Below the pieces are notes generated by a model. The model saw nothing but the letters and a program-made list of their open reading frames with translations. It was not told the origin of the DNA and made no database searches. Shown here one piece after another: positions 43,279-53,544 of a stretch of 59,850 nt of DNA. The position numbers were made by a program, and so were the translations under genes. The DNA is from an uncultured Erysipelotrichaceae bacterium. GTDB lineage: Bacteria > Bacillota_I > Bacilli_A > RF39 > UBA660. Positions within the stretch are counted from its first letter, which is position 1, and each line of letters starts with the position of its first letter. The stretch lies in the NCBI GenBank assembly GCA_902776735.1, contig CACYRE010000004.1, positions 1 to 59,850 on the forward strand, written 5' to 3'.

Positions 43279-44439
43279 ATGGGAGAAGAAATAATGTTAG
43301 ATGACAAAAATGTTATTGTTATGAAATTATTACATTATTTTATTACTGAGAAAAATTATAATCCAATTATTTTGCAGGGTGTTGATAATGAGATATGGTT
43401 GGAGAACTTAAATTCTGATTGTGAAATTGTAAGAATTGTATCAGAAAATATATATAATAATGAACAATATGACTTTGATGTTTTTAAGACTAAAAGAATT
43501 TTGAAAAAGATTAAGAAAAAGACTTTGACATTTAATATTAATGTTTTTAGCATTTTTTTAAATATGAGTGATAATGTAACAGAAAAATTAGATTCTAATT
43601 CTAAACTTCTTGGTGTTAAAGTTAGTGATGAGAATGATTTGAAGAAGAATAAAAAAGTTAAGGAGATGTTTCCTGATTTAGCTAAAAAGATGAAATATAG
43701 TGAAGAGGGGGTTGAATTATTTATGAAGATTACAAGTGATATAAATAAACATAATAAAGAAGATGCTAAAAGACTTGATAGAGTATTTAAGAGTAAAACA
43801 CCTTATATTACTTATCTATTAATTATAATAAATTGTATATTTTATTTTCTTCCTAATATCATGGGAAAAGATGTATACCAATATGTTATTAATAGTTTTT
43901 GTATTCATGGACCAAGTATTAGAGCAGGACAATATTATAGACTAATAACTGGAATGTTTTTACATGGAAGTATTATTCATTTATTTTTAAATTGTTATTC
44001 TTTATATATAGTTGGTTCTCAAATAGAAAGTTTTTTTGGCAAAATTAAATATCTTATAATTTATTTGTTTTCAGGTCTTACTGGTTCTCTTCTTTCAATT
44101 ACCTTGAGTGGAAGTACTGCTTCAATTGGAGCCAGTGGAGCAATATTTGGATTAATGGGAGCACTTCTTTATTTTGGCTTTTATTACCGTGTTTATTTAG
44201 GAAATGCAGTTAAAACACAGATTATTCCAATTATTATTTTAAATTTATTTATTGGTTTTACAATACCTGGAATTGATAATTGGGGACATATTGGTGGTTT
44301 AATAGGAGGAGTTTTAAGTTCTATGGCCTTAGGAGTAAAAGATAAATCAACAAAATTTGAAGAAACCAATGGTTGGATTATTTGTCTTTTATTTTTAGTT
44401 TTCTTATTATATATGGGACTTATATTTGCTGGAAGATAG
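43279..44439 (+). CDS. Rhomboid-family intramembrane serine protease with an N-terminal cytoplasmic domain
   Basis: Motifs HGSIIHLFLNCYSLY, GASGAIFGLMGA and GHIGGLIGG. AGGAGGGG RBS. Confidence 0.85.
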   Translation: MGEEIMLDDKNVIVMKLLHYFITEKNYNPIILQGVDNEIWLENLNSDCEIVRIVSENIYNNEQYDFDVFKTKRILKKIKKKTLTFNINVFSIFLNMSDNVTEKLDSNSKLLGVKVSDENDLKKNKKVKEMFPDLAKKMKYSEEGVELFMKITSDINKHNKEDAKRLDRVFKSKTPYITYLLIIINCIFYFLPNIMGKDVYQYVINSFCIHGPSIRAGQYYRLITGMFLHGSIIHLFLNCYSLYIVGSQIESFFGKIKYLIIYLFSGLTGSLLSITLSGSTASIGASGAIFGLMGALLYFGFYYRVYLGNAVKTQIIPIIILNLFIGFTIPGIDNWGHIGGLIGGVLSSMALGVKDKSTKFEETNGWIICLLFLVFLLYMGLIFAGR

Positions 44440-44514
44440 AAATTTATAGATAATTTATTGTGTTTAAAAGTTTTAAATGTTAAAATTAGATTGATATTGT
44501 AGTGAGGTGATATT

Positions 44515-44769
44515 ATGCCACAAGAACAAACTAGTCTATTTAATTTATCTGAAATAGATACTGAACTTACTAGAAAAGTTTTAAAAGAAGTTTATAATTC
44601 ATTGCAAGAAAGAGGTTATAATCCAACTAACCAAATAGTAGGTTATTTGATTAGTGGTGATCCTGGCTATATTTCTAGTTATAAAGATGCTAGAAGTAAA
44701 ATTCAAGAAATTGATAGGGCTAAGATTGTAGAGATTCTTTTAAAAGAATTTCAAAAGAATAATAAATAA
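44515..44769 (+). CDS. ireB: IreB-family regulatory phosphoprotein (UPF0297)
   Basis: ERGYNPTNQIVGYLISGDPGYISSYKDAR. Confidence 0.85.
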   Translation: MPQEQTSLFNLSEIDTELTRKVLKEVYNSLQERGYNPTNQIVGYLISGDPGYISSYKDARSKIQEIDRAKIVEILLKEFQKNNK

Positions 44770-45185
44770 TGCGGTATTTAGGGCTGGATTTGGGAAGCAG
44801 AACTCTAGGCATTGCTGTTAGCGATAAGACTGGGGTGATTGCGACTTCTTATAAAACTATAAGACACAATGAGGAGTATCTTAAATTAATTGATGAAGTA
44901 AAAAAAATTGTAGATGAATTAGAAATAGATGCTATTGTACTAGGTTTCCCTAAAAATATGAATAATACTATTGGACCCAAAGGACAATTAAGTTTAGAAT
45001 TTAAATATAAATTAGAACAAGCTTTAAAAATTCCCATTTATTTGGAAGATGAGCGACTAACTACAGTCAGTGCAACTAATGTATTAATTAGTGGTAATGT
45101 ATCACGAAAAAAAAGAAAGAAAGTAGTTGATAGTGTCGCAGCTACAATAATATTACAAAATTATTTAGATAGGAGAATAAGGTAA
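44769..45185 (+). CDS. ruvX: Holliday-junction resolvase-like RuvX (YqgF)
   Basis: YLGLDLGSRTLGIAVSD and DERLTTV. Confidence 0.9.
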   Translation: MRYLGLDLGSRTLGIAVSDKTGVIATSYKTIRHNEEYLKLIDEVKKIVDELEIDAIVLGFPKNMNNTIGPKGQLSLEFKYKLEQALKIPIYLEDERLTTVSATNVLISGNVSRKKRKKVVDSVAATIILQNYLDRRIR

Positions 45186-45478
45186 TGAAAAATAATACTT
45201 TTTCAATGTTAGATGAAAATGGAAATGAAATAGTTTATGACGTTTTATTTACTTTTGAAAGTGAAGAATCTCATAAGAATTATATTGTATATACTGATAA
45301 TAAAAAAGATGAATCAGGAAATATTGAAGTTTATGCTTCAATTTATTATCCAGATGATCCACAAAGTAAATTAGAAGCTATTAAAACAGATAAAGAGTGG
45401 AAAGTAATAGAAACTATTTTAGATACTTTACAAGAAGAAGTAAACAAAAAAAAGAATAATGAAACTAATGAACAATAG
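45185..45478 (+). CDS. DUF1292 protein
   Basis: DENGNEIVYDVLFTFESEESHKNYIVYTD, plus its position after ruvX as in Bacillus yrzB. Confidence 0.75.
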   Translation: MKNNTFSMLDENGNEIVYDVLFTFESEESHKNYIVYTDNKKDESGNIEVYASIYYPDDPQSKLEAIKTDKEWKVIETILDTLQEEVNKKKNNETNEQ

Positions 45479-45501
45479 TTTTTTATTTTGTTGGAGGGAT
45501 T

Positions 45502-46566
45502 ATGGCAGTTAAAAAAGTTAAACCAAGACCTTTGCTATTATTTGTTTTACTTGGAATAATTTTAGTTATAATTGGATTATGCTGGCTTCATTTTGCAAGC
45601 CCAGTAGATAGAAATGATAATAGCGAGGTAGAACTTACAATTACTAGTGGTATGAGTACTATTAAAATTGGTAATATTTTAAAAGAAGAAAGATTAATTA
45701 GAAGTAAGAATTTATTTTGTTTATATACTAAATTATATAGTAATAAGTCATTAAAAGCTGGTACTTATAAATTAAAAAGAAGTATGGATTTAAATCAAAT
45801 TGTTTCTATTTTAGAAAAAGGCAGTACATATAGCCCAGATAGTTTAAAATTAACTTTCAAAGAAGGACAAAGAATAACTGATTATGCTAAGGTAATTAGT
45901 GATAATACTTTTTATAGCTATGCTGATGTAATCGCAGTATTTAGAGATAACAACTACATGCAAGAGTTAATTAATAAGTATTGGTTTTTAACAAATAATA
46001 TTATGCAAGATGGAATTTATTATTCTTTAGAAGGATATTTAGCACCTGATACTTATTATTTTGAAAAAAATGTGACAGTAAAAGAAATTATTGAAAAAAT
46101 GCTTGATGAAGAAGAAGATAGGTTATCTAACTATGAAACATCTTTAGAAACTAACACTCATTATTATTTAACAATGGCCTCAATTATAGAATTGGAAGGA
46201 AAAAACTTAGAAGATAGAAAAAATATTATGGGTGTATTTAATAATAGAATAAGAGCTAATATGCATCTTGGAAGTGATGTCACTACTTATTATGCATTTC
46301 AAGTTCCTTTATCTGCTAAATTAACAACAACTCAATACAATACATCAAATCCATATAATACAAGACCAACTAGTAAATTAGGACCACCTATTGGACCAAT
46401 TTGTAATCCATCAATTATTAGTATTGAAGCAGCACTTAATCCAACGAATAATAATTATTTATATTTTGTAGCAGATAGTACAGGTAAAGTATATTATTCT
46501 AAAACAAATGATGAACAAAATAAAATAATACGAGAATTAATTAGTCAAGGAAAATGGAATGGATAG
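45502..46566 (+). CDS. mltG: Endolytic murein transglycosylase MltG (YceG-like)
   Basis: N-terminal TM helix, LEGYLAPDTY, ASIIELE and GPICNPS. Confidence 0.9.
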   Translation: MAVKKVKPRPLLLFVLLGIILVIIGLCWLHFASPVDRNDNSEVELTITSGMSTIKIGNILKEERLIRSKNLFCLYTKLYSNKSLKAGTYKLKRSMDLNQIVSILEKGSTYSPDSLKLTFKEGQRITDYAKVISDNTFYSYADVIAVFRDNNYMQELINKYWFLTNNIMQDGIYYSLEGYLAPDTYYFEKNVTVKEIIEKMLDEEEDRLSNYETSLETNTHYYLTMASIIELEGKNLEDRKNIMGVFNNRIRANMHLGSDVTTYYAFQVPLSAKLTTTQYNTSNPYNTRPTSKLGPPIGPICNPSIISIEAALNPTNNNYLYFVADSTGKVYYSKTNDEQNKIIRELISQGKWNG

Positions 46567-46577
46567 TGATTAATTAC

Positions 46578-47162
46578 ATGGAAGAAAATATTAAAGAATT
46601 AAAAGAATATGCTTATGAAAACAATATACCTATTATGCAAGATGAGGGTATTAAATATTTAACTAATTATATAAAACAAAATAATATAAAAAAAGTTTTG
46701 GAAATAGGTACAGCAATTGGTTATTCTGCTATTATGATGTGTCTTGCAAACAAAGAAACTTCAGTTGTTAGTATTGAAAGAGATGAGAAAAGATATTTAG
46801 AAGCTATTAAAAATATTAAAAAATTTAAATTAGAAGATAGAATACATTTAATTTTTAATGATGCCTTAGAAGTTAAATTAAATGACAAATATGATCTAAT
46901 ATTTATAGATGCAGCTAAAGCTCAAAATAAAAATTTTTTTGAAAAATTTGAAAGCAATTTAATAGAACATGGAACAATAATTACAGATAATATGAATTTT
47001 CATGGTTTAGTTTTTGAAGACGAAGAAAAGATAGAAAGCAGAAATCTTCGTCAATTAGTAAGAAAAATAAAAGAATATCGTATATTTCTTGAAAACAACC
47101 AAAATTATGATGTTGAAATATTAAATATTGGAGATGGAATAGCAATTAGCGTAAAAAAATAA
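46578..47162 (+). CDS. trmR: Class I SAM-dependent O-methyltransferase, YrrM/TrmR-like
   Basis: VLEIGTAIGYSAI and DLIFIDAAK, plus synteny with mltG and the U32 pair. Confidence 0.7.
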   Translation: MEENIKELKEYAYENNIPIMQDEGIKYLTNYIKQNNIKKVLEIGTAIGYSAIMMCLANKETSVVSIERDEKRYLEAIKNIKKFKLEDRIHLIFNDALEVKLNDKYDLIFIDAAKAQNKNFFEKFESNLIEHGTIITDNMNFHGLVFEDEEKIESRNLRQLVRKIKEYRIFLENNQNYDVEILNIGDGIAISVKK

Positions 47163-47176
47163 GTGGAGGTGGTTTT

Positions 47177-48016
47177 ATGCAATTAGTTCAGTTTCTTACT
47201 TGTAATGATACATTAGGAACTTGTTGTAGTGACTATACTCTTGTTAATTTACTAGATATTATGCGAAAACTAATGGAATTAATTCAATTAATAGTACCTA
47301 TTATTTTAATTGTAATGGCTACGATTCAATTAGGTAAAATGATGATTTCTCCAGAAGAAGAAAAATTAAAAAAATCATTATATAATAAATTTTTAGCAGC
47401 TTTCTTTGTTTTTATTATTCCAGTTATTATTGATGCAGCCTTAAATCTTTTACCTGAAAGTTATTCCTTATCATCTTGTTGGGAAAAAGCAAAAGTTTCT
47501 GCTGAAATTGTTAGAAGCCAAAAAAATAGTTATATAGCAATTGATGACAAAGCTACTAAAGCAAGTGTAATAGGTAATTATGACGATTATGAAAATGGTA
47601 CAAGTGATAGCGAAAGCTCTTCCCAAGGAAGTGCTACTGGCGAAGCAATAGTAAATTATGCAAAAAAATTTGTTGGTAATCGTTATGTGTGGGGTGGTAC
47701 TTGGAATGGTGAGTCACCTTATACTGGAACTGACTGTAGTGGTTTTGTTCAAGGAGTATTTAGGCATTTTGGTATTAATTTAACTAGAACTACTTATTCT
47801 CAATGGGATGATAAAGCATCATATACTTTAGTTACTGGTGAAATTAAGCCTGGAGATTTAATAATGTATGATGGTCATGTTGGAATACTTACTGGTAATG
47901 GTAGAGAAATTGTTCATAATAAAAGTCCTAGATATGGTGTATGCATTGATAAAGATTATAAAAAATGTTCTTCACATGCTATTCTTGGAATTATGAGAAT
48001 AAAAGGTGTTAATTAG
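47177..48016 (+). CDS. NlpC/P60 (C40) cell-wall peptidase with N-terminal TM helices
   Basis: YVWGGTWNGESPYTGTDCSGFVQGVF and GDLIMYDGHVGIL. Confidence 0.85.
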   Translation: MQLVQFLTCNDTLGTCCSDYTLVNLLDIMRKLMELIQLIVPIILIVMATIQLGKMMISPEEEKLKKSLYNKFLAAFFVFIIPVIIDAALNLLPESYSLSSCWEKAKVSAEIVRSQKNSYIAIDDKATKASVIGNYDDYENGTSDSESSSQGSATGEAIVNYAKKFVGNRYVWGGTWNGESPYTGTDCSGFVQGVFRHFGINLTRTTYSQWDDKASYTLVTGEIKPGDLIMYDGHVGILTGNGREIVHNKSPRYGVCIDKDYKKCSSHAILGIMRIKGVN

Positions 48017-48025
48017 GAGGAAGAA

Positions 48026-48781
48026 ATGTTTAATATTACTAAAAAACATATTGGAAAGAGAAAACATAAATTAGCTAATAATACTAAGAGAACATTAATT
48101 TATATATTAGGGGCTTCTATTATAATTTTTATAATTACTTTCATATATGTAAAAAAGCAAAATGAAAATTATAGAAATATTAAACAAGAAAAAGACAATT
48201 ATATTGTCTATACAAAATATAGTCAAAATACAAATAATTATGCTCAAAATATTCCTTATATAAATATCAAGTCTCATAATATAGATTTAGTTAATGAGGA
48301 TATTGATTCGTTTGTTTTTAATTTTAAGGGACAAAATAAGTGTATAATTTCTTATGAGTATGATATAAATGGTATTATCTTATCAGTTATTGTTAAAGTT
48401 GGAGATTATAGTACTGAATATTCTCCTCAAGTATATGCAAAAAGTTATAATATTAATTTAGATACTTTAGAGGTTATTAATAATGATGTTTTACTTAATT
48501 TTTTTGGTACTGATGAAAGTGAAGTAAGTAGTATAATTGAATCTAAATTTAAATTATATTATACAGATTTGGTAAATCAAAATTACTTTTCACAAGAAGA
48601 ATGTAATTATGATTGCTTTTTGAAATATAGAAATGTTAGTAATTATTTAGATAATGTAAATTATTATGTTAAAGATGGTAAATTATATGTTTATAAACCA
48701 TTTGTTATATACTCAATATATGATGAGGAAGAATATTTTACAGAAGATAGTTATAAATTTCTAATAGCAAAAGAAGATTAG
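48026..48781 (+). CDS. Hypothetical membrane-anchored protein
   Basis: Single N-terminal TM helix; no recognisable motif. Confidence 0.5.
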   Translation: MFNITKKHIGKRKHKLANNTKRTLIYILGASIIIFIITFIYVKKQNENYRNIKQEKDNYIVYTKYSQNTNNYAQNIPYINIKSHNIDLVNEDIDSFVFNFKGQNKCIISYEYDINGIILSVIVKVGDYSTEYSPQVYAKSYNINLDTLEVINNDVLLNFFGTDESEVSSIIESKFKLYYTDLVNQNYFSQEECNYDCFLKYRNVSNYLDNVNYYVKDGKLYVYKPFVIYSIYDEEEYFTEDSYKFLIAKED

Positions 48782-48835
48782 TCTTCTTTTTCTGTTATAT
48801 AATAGTATAATAGTTAGAAGTTATGGAGTGATTAA

Positions 48836-49678
48836 ATGAAATTATTAGTTGAATTAAGTAATAAAAATAATTTGAATTTAAATTGTACAGGTTTTATATT
48901 ACCATTAAAAGATTATTCAGTAGAAAGTACTATTTCATTTACTATAGAAGAAATAGAAAATATTATTAATAAATATAATAAAGAAATATTTATAAAAATA
49001 AATAAAAATCTTTTTAATAAAGATATATCTATAATTAAAGATATATTAATTAAATTAGATAAATTAAATGTTAAAGGAATATTTTTTTATGATTTAGCTA
49101 TTTTGCAACTAGTAAAAGAATTAAATTTAGATATAGATCTTATTTGGAATCAAACTCATATGGTAAATAATTATAAAACTTGTAATTATTATTATAGCAA
49201 AGGAGTTAAATATGCTTTATTAGGCAAAGAACTTACGCTTAATGAGATAAAAGAAATAATAAAATTAAGTAAAATTAATTGTATGGTAGAAGTTATTAGT
49301 AAACCAAGTGTTGCAGTGTCACATAGAAGGTTAATTACTAATTATTTTCAAGCTTTAGGAAAAAATAGTACTGATAAATTACAAGTTATGGAAAAAATTA
49401 GTAATTTAAAATTTAATTTAATTGAAAATAATAATGATACAAGTTTCTTTTTAGATACTATTACTAATGGTACGAGTATCATTAAAGATTTGTATGTAGT
49501 TAATTGTCCATATATAATTATTAGAGAGTATGGAATAGGTAATTTTAGAGAGCTTATTTCTGATACTATGAAATATATAAGTAATGGTTGTATTGATAAT
49601 TGTTATATAAAAAAATATGAAAAGTTAGGAGATAGTACTAATTTCTTTTTTAAGAAAACTATTTATAAGGTGAAGTGA
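48836..49678 (+). CDS. Peptidase U32 family protein, YrrN/TrhP1-like
   Basis: Its position immediately upstream of the canonical U32 gene, its size, and a TIM-barrel-like pattern. Confidence 0.55.
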   Translation: MKLLVELSNKNNLNLNCTGFILPLKDYSVESTISFTIEEIENIINKYNKEIFIKINKNLFNKDISIIKDILIKLDKLNVKGIFFYDLAILQLVKELNLDIDLIWNQTHMVNNYKTCNYYYSKGVKYALLGKELTLNEIKEIIKLSKINCMVEVISKPSVAVSHRRLITNYFQALGKNSTDKLQVMEKISNLKFNLIENNNDTSFFLDTITNGTSIIKDLYVVNCPYIIIREYGIGNFRELISDTMKYISNGCIDNCYIKKYEKLGDSTNFFFKKTIYKVK

Positions 49679-50881
49679 ATGACTAAGAAAATAGAATTAT
49701 TGTCTCCAGCTGGAGATTTAGAAAGATTAAAGGTAACATTGCTATATGGAGCTGATGCAGTATATATTGGCGGGAAAAAATATAGTTTAAGAGCAAATTC
49801 CACTAATTTTAGTATTGATGAGATTAGACAAGGCTGTGATTTTGCTCATAAGTTAGGGAAAAAAGTTCATTTAACTTTAAATATTGTCTTTCATAATGAA
49901 GATATGGAAGGTGTAGAAGAATATATTAAAGAAGTAGTGGAAGCAGGAATTGATGCTTTTATTGTTAGTGATCCGTTTATAATTTCTTATATTAAAAAAA
50001 ATTATCCTAACGTAGAAGTACATTTATCTACTCAAAATTCTACAACTAACTACAAAGCAATTGAATTCTTTGAGAATGAGGGAATTGATAGGGTAGTACT
50101 TGCTAGAGAATTATCTAAAGATGAGATATCTTATATTATTAAAAATACAAATGTTGCTATAGAAGTATTTATTCATGGAGCTATGTGTACATGTTTTAGT
50201 GGTAGGTGTGCCCTTTCTAATTATGTAACTAATAGAGATGCTAATCGTGGTGGATGTGCTCAAGTTTGTCGTTTTGCTTTTAATGTAGAAAACGAAAAAG
50301 ATTTTACCATGGCTACAAAAGATATGAATATGTCCCACTACATTGGAACTTTAATAGATATGGGAGTTACCAGTATGAAAGTAGAGGGTCGAATGCGGTC
50401 TTTATATTATCTAGCTACTGTTATTGGTACATATCGAAATATTATTGATGATTATTATAATAAAACATTAACTGAAGATAAAATGCAAATATATGAAGAA
50501 CGATTAAGTAGAGTTGCTAATAGAGAAACAAGTACACATTATTTCTTGAAAGAAGCTGACTACACTGATCAGTATTATACGGGACGAGTAGAAGTATCAA
50601 ATCAAGATTATTTAGGACAAGTAATCAGTTATGATAAAGAAAAAAGACTACTTAAATTTATTGAAAGAAATTATTTTGAAGTTGGAGACATAATAGAAGT
50701 ATTTACACCATCAGGAAATCATTTAAAATTTTCTTTAGAAAAGCTATATGATGATCAAATGAATAGTATACCAGTAGCAAGACACCCAGATAACATCTAT
50801 TATTTAGAATTAGATACTCTAATTGATATAGAAGAGTATTCTATGATAAAAATTATTTCGAGGAGGAAAGATAATGAATAA
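49679..50881 (+). CDS. Peptidase U32 family protein, YrrO/TrhP2-like
   Basis: ELLSPAG and EVFIHGAMCTCFSGRCALSNYVTNRDANRGGCAQVCR. Confidence 0.85.
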   Translation: MTKKIELLSPAGDLERLKVTLLYGADAVYIGGKKYSLRANSTNFSIDEIRQGCDFAHKLGKKVHLTLNIVFHNEDMEGVEEYIKEVVEAGIDAFIVSDPFIISYIKKNYPNVEVHLSTQNSTTNYKAIEFFENEGIDRVVLARELSKDEISYIIKNTNVAIEVFIHGAMCTCFSGRCALSNYVTNRDANRGGCAQVCRFAFNVENEKDFTMATKDMNMSHYIGTLIDMGVTSMKVEGRMRSLYYLATVIGTYRNIIDDYYNKTLTEDKMQIYEERLSRVANRETSTHYFLKEADYTDQYYTGRVEVSNQDYLGQVISYDKEKRLLKFIERNYFEVGDIIEVFTPSGNHLKFSLEKLYDDQMNSIPVARHPDNIYYLELDTLIDIEEYSMIKIISRRKDNE

Positions 50882-52001
50882 TATTACTATTTTTAAAAGC
50901 AATTTTTTGAATAAAGAGAGTACACTAAGTGAATTTGCTACTAGTAGTAGTAAAGCGATTAGATTAATAAATGAAGATATCAGCAATGAAATTAGACCAC
51001 CATTCTTTCATGATATAGATAGGATTATTTATTCATTAAGCTATACTAGATATTTAGATAAAACACAAGTGTTTACTGATAGTGGTAATGATAATATAAG
51101 TAAAAGAATAACTCATGTTCAGTTTGTTAGTAAAGTAGCAAGAACGATAGGTAGAGCTCTTAATTTAAATGAAGATTTGATTGAAGCAATTGCCTTGGGT
51201 CATGATATTGGACATACACCATTAGGACACTCCGGAGAAGCTATGTTAAATGAAATATCTCTAAGAGAACTTGGAGAATACTTTGCACATAATATTGAAA
51301 GTGTAAGAGACTTAATGTTTATAGAAAACAACGGAGAAGGGCTTAACTTAACTATTCAAGTATATGATGGTATTATGTGTCACAATGGTGAAATATTAGA
51401 ACCAATTTATAGACCCCAAGAAAAAGATATCGAAGAATTTTTAAGAGAATATAATTTAGCATATAAAGATCTTCAAGCATCAAAAAAATTTCGACCAATG
51501 ACATTAGAAGGATGTGTCGTAAGAATTAGTGATATTATTGGTTATATCGGTAGGGATATTGAAGATGCTATAATGATAGGATTAATTAAAAGAGAAGATA
51601 TTCCAAAAACTATTTCTTCTGTATTAGGCTCTACGAACAGAGAAATTATTAATAATATAATTATGGATATTATCAACAATAGTTTAAATAAACCATATAT
51701 TAAACTAAGTGAAAAAGTTTTTAAAGCTATATTTGAATTAAAAAGATTTAATTATGAACATATATATAAATATAGTTTAACAGAGAAAAAAAGAGCTTAT
51801 TATAAAGAAGGTATGAATAGATTATTTAAAAATTATCTTACTGATATAAAAAACAATAATAAAAATAGTGAGATATATACAGTATTTTTAAACAATCAAT
51901 GTTCTAAATATAATAAGAATACAAGTGAAAAAAGAAAAGTCATAGATTTTATTGCTGGAATGACGGATGATTATTTTATAAAAAAAATAGATAATCTATA
52001 A
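50874..52001 (+). CDS. HD-domain dGTPase-like phosphohydrolase
   Basis: RITHVQFVS and LGHDIGHTPLGHSGE. Confidence 0.8.
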   Translation: MNNITIFKSNFLNKESTLSEFATSSSKAIRLINEDISNEIRPPFFHDIDRIIYSLSYTRYLDKTQVFTDSGNDNISKRITHVQFVSKVARTIGRALNLNEDLIEAIALGHDIGHTPLGHSGEAMLNEISLRELGEYFAHNIESVRDLMFIENNGEGLNLTIQVYDGIMCHNGEILEPIYRPQEKDIEEFLREYNLAYKDLQASKKFRPMTLEGCVVRISDIIGYIGRDIEDAIMIGLIKREDIPKTISSVLGSTNREIINNIIMDIINNSLNKPYIKLSEKVFKAIFELKRFNYEHIYKYSLTEKKRAYYKEGMNRLFKNYLTDIKNNNKNSEIYTVFLNNQCSKYNKNTSEKRKVIDFIAGMTDDYFIKKIDNL

Positions 52002-52079
52002 CTTCTATTTTCTCTATCTTTTAGTTGTAATTTTCTTACATTTGTGGTATAATTAGAAGAAATTTTGAGGGTGGATATT

Positions 52080-52904
52080 ATGAATTTAAGTACTAAAGAT
52101 AGAATAAAAAAGTATAGGCAAACAAAGGATTCAAGACTAAGACATGAAATAATTAAAGAAAATATGAATTTAGTTTTTTTGGTTGTTTGTAAATATGGTT
52201 ATGCAAAATCTACAGGAATTAGTAAAGATGAATTAGAAAGTTATGGCTATGAAGGATTAATTTATGCTATTGATCATTTTGATATAGATAGTAATAATGC
52301 CTTTAATTTCTATGCTATTAAATGTATTAAAGGTTATATTTTAAATGGTATTCAGGAAATACAATTTGGTAAGACTATACATTCATACTTTAAAATACTA
52401 GAAGCTATAAATATAATTGAAGAACAAAATGAAAGTTTAATATCTGAAGAATTAGAGCTTGTAGATAAAGTAGTATCATATTTAGTTTGGAATAAGATAT
52501 TTAAAATTGGTGATATTAATTATTTAAGAAGAATAATTTTATCTATCGCTTTTGGAAATCTTAGTATAGAAGATACTAATGAATCAGGGGAAAATTTATT
52601 AGAACAATTCAGTGATTATAATAATGAAGAAGAAACAATAAGCAGATTAGATGATTATACAATGTTAGAAAAACTAACAAAAGTGGCAGATAGTTTATCT
52701 GGGAATGAAGCAATTATTTTAAAAATGCGATGGGGTCTATACGATGGTATTCCAAAAACATATCAAGAAATTGGAACTTTTTTTGGAGTATCAAGACAAA
52801 GAATTTTTCAAGTAATGAAGGAGATAATGGAATACATAGAAAGTTCCGATAAATATAATCAAATAAAGCAAACTTATGAATCAGAAAATAGTATTAAAAT
52901 ATAA
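52080..52904 (+). CDS. Sigma-70 family RNA polymerase sigma factor
   Basis: Region 2 YGYEGLIYAIDHFD and region 4 HTH YQEIGTFFGVSRQRIFQVMKEI. Confidence 0.8.
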   Translation: MNLSTKDRIKKYRQTKDSRLRHEIIKENMNLVFLVVCKYGYAKSTGISKDELESYGYEGLIYAIDHFDIDSNNAFNFYAIKCIKGYILNGIQEIQFGKTIHSYFKILEAINIIEEQNESLISEELELVDKVVSYLVWNKIFKIGDINYLRRIILSIAFGNLSIEDTNESGENLLEQFSDYNNEEETISRLDDYTMLEKLTKVADSLSGNEAIILKMRWGLYDGIPKTYQEIGTFFGVSRQRIFQVMKEIMEYIESSDKYNQIKQTYESENSIKI

Positions 52905-53017
52905 AATGGTTATAAAAAAATCTTGCTATTTTCTTTTTAATATGATATATTGTTGCAAGTTAAGTTTATACTTAGCTCTCATAAAATATAATAAAAATAA
53001 TTGAGGTGAATAATAAA

Positions 53018-53488
53018 ATGGGAAATAAAAATACTGTGTATTTAACTCAACAGGGTTTAGATAGTTTAAAACAAGAATTAGATAATTTAATTAATGTTAG
53101 ACGTCCTGAAAATGTTAAAGCTATTAAAGAAGCACGTTCATTAGGAGATTTATCAGAAAATGCTGAATATGATGCAGCTAGAAATGAGCAAGCAGAAATT
53201 GAAGGAAGAATTAAGCAAATTGAAAAGATGCTTGAAAATGTTTCAATAATTTCTGATGCTGGAACTGATAAAGTAAATATTGGAAATACTGTTTCAATTA
53301 AATATGTAGATGATGACGAAGAAGATGAATATAAAATTGTCGGAAGTCAAGAAGCAGATCCTTTTGAAAGTAAAATTTCTAATGAGAGTCCAATTGCACA
53401 GGCTTTATTCAATCATAAAGTAGGAGATCTTGTTACAGTAGAAAGCCCTAATGGAAATTATCAAGTAGAAATAATTGATATAAAATAG
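53018..53488 (+). CDS. greA: Transcription elongation factor GreA
   Basis: LTQQGLDSLKQELDNL and GDLSENAEYDAARNEQ. ATG 53018 lies 9 nt after a GAGGTG RBS. Confidence 0.95.
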   Translation: MGNKNTVYLTQQGLDSLKQELDNLINVRRPENVKAIKEARSLGDLSENAEYDAARNEQAEIEGRIKQIEKMLENVSIISDAGTDKVNIGNTVSIKYVDDDEEDEYKIVGSQEADPFESKISNESPIAQALFNHKVGDLVTVESPNGNYQVEIIDIK

Positions 53489-53544
53489 ATAATTATTTAA
53501 AATAGTTATCTATTTTTTGTTATAATATCTTTTATGGTGATTCT

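Noticed and set aside
2245-53017. Long N-terminal extensions suggested by the ORF track, at 2245, 12170, 14264, 19328, 26879, 28099, 28753, 31365, 33850, 39426, 43234, 46554, 52065 and 53006. On the minus strand the extended starts are at 16918, 17756, 22806, 23826, 42699 and 43249.
   Set aside because: In each case an internal ATG or GTG with a well-spaced GGAGG-like SD exists. The extension either overlaps the upstream gene or a promoter -10, or has no SD. Starts were moved accordingly but remain predictions.
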